Shown here: positions 1-8,519 of the stretch, one piece after another
Position numbering within the stretch: position 1 is the stretch's first letter
Layout: the number at the start of each line of letters is the position of its first letter
From: an uncultured Polynucleobacter sp.
Lineage (GTDB): Bacteria; Pseudomonadota; Gammaproteobacteria; Burkholderiales; Burkholderiaceae
Direction: 5' to 3'
DNA: 64,000 nt
Assembly (NCBI GenBank): GCA_964511855.1
Contig: CAZEHN010000006.1
Location: 316 to 64,315, forward strand
The notes under the pieces: generated by a model
Database searches by the model: none
Told to the model about the DNA's origin: nothing
Seen by the model: only the letters and a program-made list of their open reading frames with translations
Program-made: the position numbers and the translations under genes

Positions 1-788
1 ACTAGTGCTCCACCAGAGTTTCCAGGATTAATTGCCGCATCTGTTTGAATAAAGTTTTCAAAGGTATTAATGCCCAAGTGATCTCTGCCAAGCGCAGATA
101 CAATTCCCGAAGTAACAGTTTGACCAACGCCAAATGGATTGCCAATTGCAAGTACAACGTCACCTACTCTGACTGTATCAACATCACCAAGTACCACAGG
201 TTCTGGAAGATTTGGTAGATCAATTTTAAGAACAGCAATATCTGTATCGGGATCACTTCCTATGATTTTTGCTTTTGTTTTACGACCATCACCAAAAGCA
301 ACCTCAATAGTGTCAGCACCGTTGATGACATGGTGATTTGTCAAAATGATGCCATCTTTATTAACGAGCACCCCCGAGCCTGTATTAAATTCTGGTTCAT
401 CACTTGGAGGTTGTTGATTCGGGTCGCCAAAGAAAAAATTGAACCACTCTTCTTGAGTGTTTGGTTGAGGCTGTTTCTTTTGTTTATTGCCTTTCTTTTG
501 TTTTCCTTTAGGAGCGGATTCAGTTTGAGTAGGTTCAGTGGCGCCATTTGCATTTCTGCTACTAAAAACATTTACAACCGCTGGCATAGATCGTTTAACG
601 GCATCATGATATGAACCTGGATTTAAGTTCGCACTATCATTTGGGGTGTTATTTATACTGGCCGTATTTATAGAAGTTGAAAAAGGGATAGTATTGAGGA
701 GCGAAGGTCTCAGTGTTGAAACAACAAAAATAACAGCTAGTATTACTGTCACAATTTGAGCGAACAACAACCATAAACGTTTAGCCAT
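1..788 (-). CDS. DegQ/DegS-type HtrA serine protease (partial; runs off the left edge)
   Basis: Not in the ORF track; translated by hand from ATG at 788: MAKRLWLLFAQIVTV...ILTNHHV...DPDTDIAVL...IGNPFG...FIQTDAAINPGNSGGAL, with the HtrA His/Asp/Ser motifs and an N-terminal TM anchor. Confidence 0.93.
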   Translation of the reverse strand, partial: MAKRLWLLFAQIVTVILAVIFVVSTLRPSLLNTIPFSTSINTASINNTPNDSANLNPGSYHDAVKRSMPAVVNVFSSRNANGATEPTQTESAPKGKQKKGNKQKKQPQPNTQEEWFNFFFGDPNQQPPSDEPEFNTGSGVLVNKDGIILTNHHVINGADTIEVAFGDGRKTKAKIIGSDPDTDIAVLKIDLPNLPEPVVLGDVDTVRVGDVVLAIGNPFGVGQTVTSGIVSALGRDHLGINTFENFIQTDAAINPGNSGGAL

Positions 789-802
789 TTTTATAAGTCC
801 AA

Positions 803-1564
803 ATGAAAAAAAATAACTGCCAAAGATCAGAATTAGAAAACTATACCAATCAATTCTTAGAGGTAGAGCGTTTTCAAGATTATTGCCCAAATGGTTTACA
901 GGTGCAGGGAAAAAATACAATCCGAAAACTTGTTACGGGGGTCACGGCAAGTTTGGCGCTTATTGAAAAGGCAATTGAGGTAAAAGCAGACGCCATTATG
1001 GTTCATCACGGTTGGTTTTGGAAAAATGATGACTCAGTCATTGTTGGGCAATTGCACCGACGCTTAAAGTTACTGATGGATAGTGACATTAGCCTATTTG
1101 CCTATCACTTACCTTTGGATGCCCATTCAAAAGTAGGAAATAATGCTCAGTTAGCCAAAATTGCCGGCTGGAAACATACGGGGCAGTCTTCTATTAAAAC
1201 TTTGGTTAGCTTGGGGCAACCAACCACTCCTCAAACCTTGGAAAAATTTGCGCTAAGCCTAGGGAAGAGTTTGGGGCGAGAACCCTTGGTGATTGGTGAA
1301 AAAAATAAAAAAATTAAGAAAATTGCTTGGTGTACAGGAGCAGCTCAGAGCTATTTTGATGCAGCGATTGAAGAGGGGGTTGATGTATTTATAAGTGGAG
1401 AAGTTTCTGAGCCAACATTCCATTTAGCCCAAGAATCTGGCGTGGCTTACATTGCAGCAGGACACCATGCAACAGAGAAATATGGGGTTTGCGCTTTAGG
1501 TGAGCATTTGGCCAAGAAATTCGGGATAACGCATCAATTTATCGATATCCCCAATCCAGTCTAA
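803..1564 (+). CDS. Nif3-like dinuclear metal-centre protein (YbgI/DUF34 family)
   Basis: DYCPNGLQV, VHHG, YHLPLDAH and AGHHATE motifs. Confidence 0.93.
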   Translation: MKKNNCQRSELENYTNQFLEVERFQDYCPNGLQVQGKNTIRKLVTGVTASLALIEKAIEVKADAIMVHHGWFWKNDDSVIVGQLHRRLKLLMDSDISLFAYHLPLDAHSKVGNNAQLAKIAGWKHTGQSSIKTLVSLGQPTTPQTLEKFALSLGKSLGREPLVIGEKNKKIKKIAWCTGAAQSYFDAAIEEGVDVFISGEVSEPTFHLAQESGVAYIAAGHHATEKYGVCALGEHLAKKFGITHQFIDIPNPV

Positions 1565-1619
1565 TTTATGTAAGAACCATATTGATAGTGAGTGCTTACA
1601 TATATATTGAATATTGTAC

Positions 1620-2060
1620 TTATTTCTTCAGGTTGTCACGGATTTCACGAAGAAGTAGGATGTCTTCAGAAGGTGGAGCCTCAATTGCAGCAGCCTCTAC
1701 TTCTTGTTGGTTGATGGTTCTTAAGTGGTTCATAAATTTAACCAATTGGAAGATCACAAACGCCAAAATAACGAAATTGATCGTGATGGTGATGAAGTTG
1801 CCGTAGGCAAACATTGGGACCCCTGCTTTTTTAAGGGCATCGTAAGTATGAGGAATTCCTTCGGGTGCTTTGCCTAAAAGGATAAACAAATTAGAAAAAT
1901 CAAAATGTCCTCCAAATAGTGCTGAAATCAATGGCATGATGATGTCGCCCACAAGGGAATCCACGATTTTTCCAAAAGCGCCACCAATAATCACACCAAC
2001 GGCTAGGTCGATTACATTGCCTTTCATGGCAAATTCTTGAAATTCGCGGAACATTCCCAT
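1620..2060 (-). CDS. mscL: Large-conductance mechanosensitive channel
   Basis: [28 protein letters not shown] and C-terminal [10 protein letters not shown]; start moved to MGMFREF at 2060. Confidence 0.97.
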   Translation of the reverse strand: MGMFREFQEFAMKGNVIDLAVGVIIGGAFGKIVDSLVGDIIMPLISALFGGHFDFSNLFILLGKAPEGIPHTYDALKKAGVPMFAYGNFITITINFVILAFVIFQLVKFMNHLRTINQQEVEAAAIEAPPSEDILLLREIRDNLKK

Positions 2061-2190
2061 AAAAACCCCTATTAATTTGTAAATAATAGGAAGAGTGTAC
2101 AAAAAAATAGTCGAAATATAGGTTTAGGGCTTTAAATTGGGTGGGGCAGTTCGCTATAATCGTGAACGGACCAATATAACTGGGGTAGTA

Positions 2191-2814
2191 ATGAGCGACC
2201 AAGAAAATAACAAAACTGATCAACAAAGTCTTGATAAAGAAAGACGTACATGGCTAATCGCCACATCCGTCGTGGGTGGAGTTGGCGGCGCAGCCGCAGT
2301 ACTTCCTTTAGTAAACACATTTGCGCCTTCTGAGCGTGCAAAAGCGGCTGGTGCAGCTGTGGAAATCGATATCGCAGGTATGCAACCTGGTGAGATGCGC
2401 ACAGTTGAGTGGCGCGGTAAACCTGTTTGGGTTGTATGCCGTTCTAAAGAGCAAGTTGCTGAATTGCCAAAACTTGATCCTCAATTAGCTGACCCAAATT
2501 CATTACGTAATCCTGGTGAATTAACGCCAGAATATGCGCGTAATCAATATCGCTCAATTAAGCCTGAATATTTAGTTGCAGTTGGTATTTGTACACACTT
2601 AGGTTGTTCTCCAACACCTAAATTCCAAGCAGGTCCACAACCTTCATTGCCAAATGATTGGGAAGGTGGCTTCTTGTGCCCATGCCACGGTTCGACATTT
2701 GACTTAGCCGGACGCGTATTTAAGAACAAACCAGCGCCAGACAATTTGGAAGTGCCGCCACATATGTATTTGAGCGACACAAAGATCTTAATTGGCGAAG
2801 ATAAGAAAGCTTAA
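2191..2814 (+). CDS. petA: Ubiquinol-cytochrome c reductase Rieske Fe-S subunit
   Basis: Tat motif RRTWL, CTHLGC and CPCHGS; start moved to MSDQEN at 2191. Confidence 0.97.
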   Translation: MSDQENNKTDQQSLDKERRTWLIATSVVGGVGGAAAVLPLVNTFAPSERAKAAGAAVEIDIAGMQPGEMRTVEWRGKPVWVVCRSKEQVAELPKLDPQLADPNSLRNPGELTPEYARNQYRSIKPEYLVAVGICTHLGCSPTPKFQAGPQPSLPNDWEGGFLCPCHGSTFDLAGRVFKNKPAPDNLEVPPHMYLSDTKILIGEDKKA

Positions 2815-2825
2815 GGAGCGTACTG

Positions 2826-4223
2826 ATGGCCTTTCATGAAAAAGAAGTCCCTGCAAACGCAGGCGCTGGAGAAAAATTAGTAGCTTGGATTGATTCCCGT
2901 TTCCCGTTAACGGCAACAATCAAAGCTCATATGACTGAGTATTACGCTCCTAAGAATTTCAATTTTTGGTATTTCTTTGGCGTACTAGCGACTGTTGTTC
3001 TTGCGATCCAGTTAATTACAGGTATTTTCCTTGTAATGCATTACAAACCAGATGCGGAGAAAGCTTTCCAATCCGTTGAGTACATCATGCGTGAAGTACC
3101 TTGGGGTTGGTTGGTGCGTTATATGCATTCAACAGGCGCTTCTATGTTCTTCGTTGTTGTTTACATGCATATGTTCCGTGGTTTGATTTATGGTTCATAT
3201 CGTAAGCCGCGTGAACTTGTTTGGATCTTCGGTTGCGCAATTTTCTTGTGCTTAATGGCCGAAGCGTTCATGGGTTACTTGCTACCTTGGGGACAAATGT
3301 CTTACTGGGGTGCACAGGTGATCGTTAACTTGTTTGCAGCAATTCCATTGATCGGCCCAGACCTTTCATTGTGGATTCGTGGTGACTATGTTGTTGGCGA
3401 TGCAACTTTAAATCGTTTCTTTGCATTCCACGTGATTGCTGTTCCACTTGTTTTGATTGGTTTAGTAGCAGCTCATATCGTGGCGTTGCACGAAGTTGGC
3501 TCTAACAATCCTGACGGTGTTGAGATCAAAGAAACTGTTAATGACAAAGGTATTCCTTTAGACGGTATTCCTTTCCACCCTTATTACACAGTTCATGACT
3601 TAATGGGTATTGGTGTGTTCTTGATGGTGTTCGCATTCATCGTGTTCTTTGCTCCTGAAATGGGCGGATACTTCCTCGAGTCGAATAACTTCATTCCTGC
3701 TAATCCGTTACAAACACCTTCACACATTGCTCCGGTTTGGTATTTCACGCCTTTCTATTCAATGCTTCGTGCGACTACTACGCAATTCTTATTGCCAATG
3801 TGGTTATTTGCTGCGGCATTGTTATGGATGGGAACAAGAAAATCTTCATCTAGAGCAAAATTGATTAGTGCTGGCATCTTGGTTGTTCTAGGACTTGGCT
3901 TCTATTTATTTGACGCTAAATTCTGGGGTGTGATCGTAATGGGTGGTTCAGTTGTGATTTTCTTCTTCCTACCATGGTTAGATAATTCACCAGTTAAATC
4001 TATTCGTTATCGTCCTTCATTCCACAAAATCATTTATGCAATTTTTGTAGTTTGCTTTGTGATTCTTGGTTACCTAGGAATTCAGCCACCTTCACCTGTT
4101 GGTGAAAAAGTGTCGCAATTCTGCACCTTGTTGTATTTCGGCTTCTTCTTGGCAATGCCATTCTGGAGCAAACTAGGTCAATTCAAACCAGTACCAAGCC
4201 GCGTTAATTTCACGGCCCACTAA
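2826..4223 (+). CDS. petB: Cytochrome b of the bc1 complex
   Basis: RYMHSTGAS, LPWGQMSYWG, RFFAFH and PVWYF motifs; SD AAGGAG upstream. Confidence 0.98.
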   Translation: MAFHEKEVPANAGAGEKLVAWIDSRFPLTATIKAHMTEYYAPKNFNFWYFFGVLATVVLAIQLITGIFLVMHYKPDAEKAFQSVEYIMREVPWGWLVRYMHSTGASMFFVVVYMHMFRGLIYGSYRKPRELVWIFGCAIFLCLMAEAFMGYLLPWGQMSYWGAQVIVNLFAAIPLIGPDLSLWIRGDYVVGDATLNRFFAFHVIAVPLVLIGLVAAHIVALHEVGSNNPDGVEIKETVNDKGIPLDGIPFHPYYTVHDLMGIGVFLMVFAFIVFFAPEMGGYFLESNNFIPANPLQTPSHIAPVWYFTPFYSMLRATTTQFLLPMWLFAAALLWMGTRKSSSRAKLISAGILVVLGLGFYLFDAKFWGVIVMGGSVVIFFFLPWLDNSPVKSIRYRPSFHKIIYAIFVVCFVILGYLGIQPPSPVGEKVSQFCTLLYFGFFLAMPFWSKLGQFKPVPSRVNFTAH

Positions 4224-4236
4224 TACGGATATTGCG

Positions 4237-5010
4237 ATGATTTCGATGAAAAATACAACTCGACTACTTAGCGGCCTACTGATTTCAGCGAGCCTTTTCT
4301 TAATCCAAGGTTTAGCTAGTGCAAACAGTGGTGGTTTCCCGCTTGATAAAGCACCTAACCGTGTTAATAACTTACCAGCATTACAAAACGGCGCTAAATT
4401 ATTTGTTAACTATTGCTTAAACTGTCATAGCGCATCAAGCATGCGTTATAACCGTTTACGCGATATTGGTTTGACAGATGAGCAAATCAAGCAAAACTTA
4501 TTATTCACTGGCCAAAAAGTTGGTGACATGATGACGATTGCAATGTCGCCTAAAGATGCAAAAGAATGGTTTGGCGCTGTTCCTCCTGATTTATCTGTAG
4601 AAGCACGTGCACGTGGTACGGATTGGTTGTATACCTATTTACGTACTTTCTACAAAGATGACACACGCCCGACAGGTTCAAACAATATGGCTTTCCCTAA
4701 TGTTGGTATGCCAAATGTTCTATGGCAACTACAGGGTGAGCGTATTGCTAAATTTGAAGAGAAGGCTGATCCACATGACCCGTCAAAAATGGAGCATGTG
4801 TTTACAGGTTTTGAACAAGTAACTCCAGGCACAATGAAACCTCAAGAGTTCGACGACAATATCGCTGACTTGGTTGCATTTATGTCTTGGATGGCAGAAC
4901 CAGTTCAACTCGAGCGTAAACGCTTAGGTGTGCTTGTGCTAATTTACTTAGCAATCTTCACACTCTTGGCATGGCGTCTCAATAAGGCCTACTGGAAAGA
5001 CGTTCGTTAA
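4237..5010 (+). CDS. petC: Cytochrome c1
   Basis: Signal peptide, CLNCH heme motif, PPDLS, C-terminal TM anchor. Confidence 0.97.
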   Translation: MISMKNTTRLLSGLLISASLFLIQGLASANSGGFPLDKAPNRVNNLPALQNGAKLFVNYCLNCHSASSMRYNRLRDIGLTDEQIKQNLLFTGQKVGDMMTIAMSPKDAKEWFGAVPPDLSVEARARGTDWLYTYLRTFYKDDTRPTGSNNMAFPNVGMPNVLWQLQGERIAKFEEKADPHDPSKMEHVFTGFEQVTPGTMKPQEFDDNIADLVAFMSWMAEPVQLERKRLGVLVLIYLAIFTLLAWRLNKAYWKDVR

Positions 5011-5030
5011 GAACTTTTCTTGAGGTTTAC

Positions 5031-5068
5031 CAGGCAGATTGCAATCCCGCATCTGCCTGTTTATTTTT
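5031..5068 (+). terminator. Likely intrinsic terminator between petC and sspA
   Basis: Stem CAGGCAGAT (5031-5039) / ATCTGCCTG (5051-5059) followed by TTTATTTTT. Confidence 0.6.
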
Positions 5069-5089
5069 GGTTTATAAGGAAATATTCCT

Positions 5090-5701
5090 ATGATGGTGTT
5101 GTATTCGGGAACTAATTGCCCATTTTCTCAACGTTGCCGTTTGGTCCTATTTGAAAAAGGTATGGACTTTGAGATTCGTGACGTTGATTTATTTAATAAG
5201 CCTGAAGATATTTCAGTCATGAACCCATATGGTCAAGTACCTATTTTGGTTGAACGTGACTTGATCTTGTATGAATCAAACATCATTAATGAATACATTG
5301 ATGAACGTTTTCCGCATCCACAACTAATGCCGCCTGATCCTGTTGCTCGTGCGCGTGCACGTTTGTTCTTGTTTAATTTTGAGAAAGAGCTTTTCGTCCA
5401 CGTATCAACTCTTGAGAATGAAAAAGGCAAGGGTATGGAAAAGGTTCTTGAAAAAGCACGTTTAGCTATTCGTGACCGTTTGACACAATTAGCGCCAATC
5501 TTTGTAAAGAACAAATACATGCTTGGTGATGAGTTCTCCATGTTAGACGTGGCGATTGCGCCATTGCTATGGCGTTTAGAGCACTATGGCATTGACTTAT
5601 CTCGTAATGCTGCGCCATTGCTTAAATATGCAGAGCGTATTTTTAGCCGCCCAGCATATATTGAAGCATTAACACCTTCAGAGAAGGTTATGCGTCGCTA
5701 A
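5090..5701 (+). CDS. sspA: Stringent starvation protein A
   Basis: GST-fold, NPYGQVPILVERDLILYESNIINEYIDERFPHP; usual position after petC. Confidence 0.96.
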   Translation: MMVLYSGTNCPFSQRCRLVLFEKGMDFEIRDVDLFNKPEDISVMNPYGQVPILVERDLILYESNIINEYIDERFPHPQLMPPDPVARARARLFLFNFEKELFVHVSTLENEKGKGMEKVLEKARLAIRDRLTQLAPIFVKNKYMLGDEFSMLDVAIAPLLWRLEHYGIDLSRNAAPLLKYAERIFSRPAYIEALTPSEKVMRR

Positions 5702-5702
5702 T

Positions 5703-6116
5703 ATGAGCGAGTCATTTAACAACGTTCCAAGCACAAAGCCCTACTTAGTTAGGGCTTTGTACGATTGGTGCGTTGATAATGGTTTTACGCCTTATTTAGC
5801 TGTTTTTGTAGATACAAGTGTCGGCGTGCCAATGGAATACGTAAAAAACGGTGAGATCGTTCTTAATATGAGTCCAGAAGCGTGCGTTTCAACTCAAATT
5901 ACTAATGAGTTCATTTCATTCCAAGCAAGATTTGGCGGTATCCCAAAAGAGATATATGTCCCTATTACTCACGTTATGGCAATTTATGCGCGCGAGAATG
6001 GTCAAGGCATGAGTTTTCCTGTTCAAATTGAAGATGAGCCAGCTCAGCCTGAGGCTCCAAAAGAAAAAGCTCCCGAAGGAGCTAAATCTAAATCACACTT
6101 AAAACTCGTTAAATAA
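5703..6116 (+). CDS. sspB: ClpXP specificity-enhancing factor
   Basis: KPYLVRALYDWCVDNGFTPY, AIYARENGQGM, C-terminal ClpX-binding HLKLVK. Confidence 0.96.
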   Translation: MSESFNNVPSTKPYLVRALYDWCVDNGFTPYLAVFVDTSVGVPMEYVKNGEIVLNMSPEACVSTQITNEFISFQARFGGIPKEIYVPITHVMAIYARENGQGMSFPVQIEDEPAQPEAPKEKAPEGAKSKSHLKLVK

Positions 6117-6140
6117 TTAACGAAGTTCTAAAATTACTAT

Positions 6141-6995
6141 TTAAGAAATTTGCTGAATACCAGCAAGCACCCAGCCAGTTTGTTGATTTATTGGTTTGGT
6201 CCAGTTCCAAATTTCTTCGAAAGTCACAGCTGGCGAATCTTTTTCTTCTCGAATCAATCCTGAGAATTTAACGCTTGCCAAGTATTCACCTCGATCCTTT
6301 TCTACAGACAATAGATCTGCATTGAGTGTTAAGACTTGAGTTGATGCGTAAGGATCATTACGGGTTAATAAATCAGCGCGTAGCTCTTCGAAAAGTTCTG
6401 GAGATGTGAACTCTTTTAATACCTCTAGATCTTGCTTGTCAGAAGCTTCTTGGAGTTGTACAAAATGCTTTTTTGCCTGTTGTAAGAAGGCTTCTTGATC
6501 TGACCAAGCAGCTCCCTCTAATTGGGTAGAGGAACTACCATTAGATTCAGGTTGTACTCGATAACTTGCCTCTTGAGATGTGTCATAACCGGAAGGTGAC
6601 TGATAAGCAGGTTTCAACTGTTGACCAAAGAGCTTTCTGATAAGCCACATACCAATCATGACGATGGCAAAAACAATAAGCATTGTTGAGAAAAAATTTG
6701 CCGCTGCTTCTCCAAGACCAAAGTGCGAGAGAAGCATGCTAAGACCGATGCCTGCAGCTATACCGCCAAGAATTCCTCCAATTCCACCAAATTTACTCGG
6801 CTGAGAAGTTGGTGCAGGAGCACTCGGTTTGACAGTATTTTGGCTAGGAGCGGCTTGATTTTGCGAATATGATTGTTTGCCAATACTTTTTCCACCCCCT
6901 AGGCGTTTAGCTTGGGCATCTTCTGAAAATCCAAGTAAAAGTACTGTGAAAACTGCGGCAATAAGAACGCCAGAAATAACAGATGTAAATTTCAT
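6141..6995 (-). CDS. Tim44-like domain membrane protein
   Basis: AQAKRLGGGKSIG after a signal peptide, Gly-rich TM pair, C-terminal Tim44 domain (FEEIWNW...WVLAGIQQ). Confidence 0.9.
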   Translation of the reverse strand: MKFTSVISGVLIAAVFTVLLLGFSEDAQAKRLGGGKSIGKQSYSQNQAAPSQNTVKPSAPAPTSQPSKFGGIGGILGGIAAGIGLSMLLSHFGLGEAAANFFSTMLIVFAIVMIGMWLIRKLFGQQLKPAYQSPSGYDTSQEASYRVQPESNGSSSTQLEGAAWSDQEAFLQQAKKHFVQLQEASDKQDLEVLKEFTSPELFEELRADLLTRNDPYASTQVLTLNADLLSVEKDRGEYLASVKFSGLIREEKDSPAVTFEEIWNWTKPINQQTGWVLAGIQQIS

Positions 6996-7091
6996 AAACG
7001 TGTTTTACCTTTATAAGATAGTTTGATTCATTATGAACTAAATATTAAAAACCTTGTAAATAAAGGGTTTTTAGATGAACCTGCTGTAAAT

Positions 7092-7119
7092 AGATGGGGT
7101 TCACATAGAAAATTTCAAG
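7092..7119 (-). promoter_or_regulatory. Sigma32 (RpoH)-type promoter upstream of the Tim44-domain gene
   Basis: Minus strand reads CTTGAA-N14-CCCCATCT, matching the RpoH consensus CTTGAA-N13-17-CCCCATNT. Confidence 0.75.
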
Positions 7120-7160
7120 TGAAGTCAAAAAATAGTATAAAATTCATGTTCAGTTGAATT

Positions 7161-7236
7161 GCCCCATTAGCTCATCTGGTAGAGCAACTGATTTGTAATC
7201 AGTAGGTGGTCTGTTCGAGTCGGACATGGGGCACCA
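7161..7236 (+). tRNA. tRNA-Thr (anticodon TGT)
   Basis: 76 nt GCCCCATTAGCTCATCTGGTAGAGC...CTGATTTGTAATCAG...GTTCGAGTC...ATGGGGCACCA; cloverleaf with encoded CCA. Confidence 0.97.
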
Positions 7237-7242
7237 AACATT

Positions 7243-7284
7243 AAAGGCTTTGCGGTCAATATGACTTCAAAGCCTTTTTCTTTT
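7243..7284 (+). terminator. Intrinsic terminator after tRNA-Thr
   Basis: AAAGGCTTTG...CAAAGCCTTT stem with inner GTCA/TGAC, then a T-run. Confidence 0.75.
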
Positions 7285-7317
7285 AATAGATGCGGCATCC
7301 TATATCCGAGGTTACCT

Positions 7318-7680
7318 ATGAAAATGACGAAAAAAGCTGAAAAAGAACTTAATGCCTTGATTACGGCAATGAATAAAGCTGTCCATAAAGAAATTAAAGA
7401 ACTTCATACTATTTATGGCAAAAAAATTATGGCTTTGGGTTTTACTAAAGAGTCTACACAGCAATTAATCGACAATATCGTCTTTGCTGTTGAAGGAATG
7501 ACTGAAGAGTACCTTGGTTACGACACGGATGAGGTCCCGCCAACATCAGAAGAAATTATTGTCCGTTTCATCAAAAATGCAAAGAAATTCACCTGGAGGC
7601 CTAAAAATGGTTTGCAAAGTGAAGAAGCAATTTATGATTTTTTGTGCTCTGATGAGTTCTCTAAATTAGCTGTACAGTAA
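7318..7680 (+). CDS. Hypothetical protein (120 aa), no family recognised
   Basis: Open frame filling the tRNA-phasin gap; GAGG SD 6 nt before ATG at 7318; the track's upstream ATG lies inside the tRNA terminator. Confidence 0.7.
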   Translation: MKMTKKAEKELNALITAMNKAVHKEIKELHTIYGKKIMALGFTKESTQQLIDNIVFAVEGMTEEYLGYDTDEVPPTSEEIIVRFIKNAKKFTWRPKNGLQSEEAIYDFLCSDEFSKLAVQ

Positions 7681-7714
7681 GTATTTTCATCGAAAAGCAA
7701 CAGTTTTATCCTTT

Positions 7715-7727
7715 TAAGTCTTTGATT
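7715..7727 (-). promoter_or_regulatory. IHF-consensus site upstream of the phasin promoter
   Basis: Reverse complement AATCAAAGACTTA fits WATCAANNNNTTR exactly; bracketed by inverted repeat ATCCTTTTAA / TTAAAAGGAT. Confidence 0.5.
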
Positions 7728-7759
7728 TAAAAGGATATATAAAATATTTTAAAAATATT

Positions 7760-7807
7760 GTGCATCGCAACAAAAAAAGTCATACAATTCTATGGTGCAG
7801 CGCAACA
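7760..7807 (+). promoter_or_regulatory. Two repeated TGC-N3-GCA boxes, probable PhaR operators
   Basis: GTGCATCGCAACA (7760-7772) and GTGCAGCGCAACA (7795-7807), 12/13 identical, flanking a TACAAT -10 (7783-7788) upstream of a phasin. Confidence 0.7.
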
Positions 7808-7832
7808 TATGCGCTTTAATACTTAACCTGAA

Positions 7833-8453
7833 ATGGAGAATTTTATGAGCTACGAACAATTTGCATCACAATTTAACGAACTTAACGCTAAAAACTTAAA
7901 CAGCTTTTTTGCTTTGACAGAAAAATCAGTTGCACGCAGCCAAAAATTGGCTGACATCAACTTTGCTGCTACTCAAGCATTGTTAGGCGAAACACAAGAG
8001 AACTTAGAAGCTGTATTAGCTGCTAAAGATCCACAAGCATTAGTTGCTTTGGTTCAAGAAGGCGCATTAGAAGAACTTGGTACAAAAATCTATGCACAAC
8101 AACAAGCTGTTGCTAAAGTTGTTCGCGAAGCTGGTGAAGAAGTTGCTGAATTAGCTGAAGTTGGCGTTGAGCAATTCCAAGCTGGTTTAAAAGACTGGGT
8201 TAACGCAATTGCTGCTAATGCACCTGCTGGTTCAGATGCATTTGTTAGCGCATTGAAAACTTCAGTAGAAACAACATTGCAAGGTTTGGGTCAATTCCAA
8301 GCTGCTGCAAAAGAAGCTGCTGCTACTGCTGAAGCAAATGCTGAGCAAGCTGTTAAAGCATTTAAAGGTCAAGTTGCTTCTGTTAAAAAAGCAACTGCAA
8401 CTACAGTAAAAGCTAAACCAGCTGCACGTCGTTCAACACGCGGCCGTAAGTAA
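7833..8453 (+). CDS. phaP: Phasin (PHA granule-associated protein)
   Basis: Ala/Gln-rich helical protein with LAAKDPQALV and NAPAGSDAFVS motifs typical of betaproteobacterial phasins; true start may be the second Met (MSYEQ), which follows a GGAG SD. Confidence 0.85.
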   Translation: MENFMSYEQFASQFNELNAKNLNSFFALTEKSVARSQKLADINFAATQALLGETQENLEAVLAAKDPQALVALVQEGALEELGTKIYAQQQAVAKVVREAGEEVAELAEVGVEQFQAGLKDWVNAIAANAPAGSDAFVSALKTSVETTLQGLGQFQAAAKEAAATAEANAEQAVKAFKGQVASVKKATATTVKAKPAARRSTRGRK

Positions 8454-8476
8454 TATCTAGCGACAATGTCGCAAAC

Positions 8477-8506
8477 AAAAAACCCGCAAGTAATTGCGGG
8501 TTTTTT
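8477..8506. terminator. Bidirectional intrinsic terminator (phasin / rmuC)
   Basis: AAAAAACCCGCAA-GTAA-TTGCGGGTTTTTT between convergent genes. Confidence 0.9.
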
Positions 8507-8519
8507 ATTGTTAAATAAT

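Noticed and set aside
139..614. Track ORFs 139..336, 330..614 and 341..571
   Set aside because: Shadow frames of the degQ-like gene, which the track missed because it runs off the window
7161..7830. Possible integrated element at tRNA-Thr
   Set aside because: No integrase, and no repeat of the tRNA 3' end seen by eye; only the orphan ORF is reported
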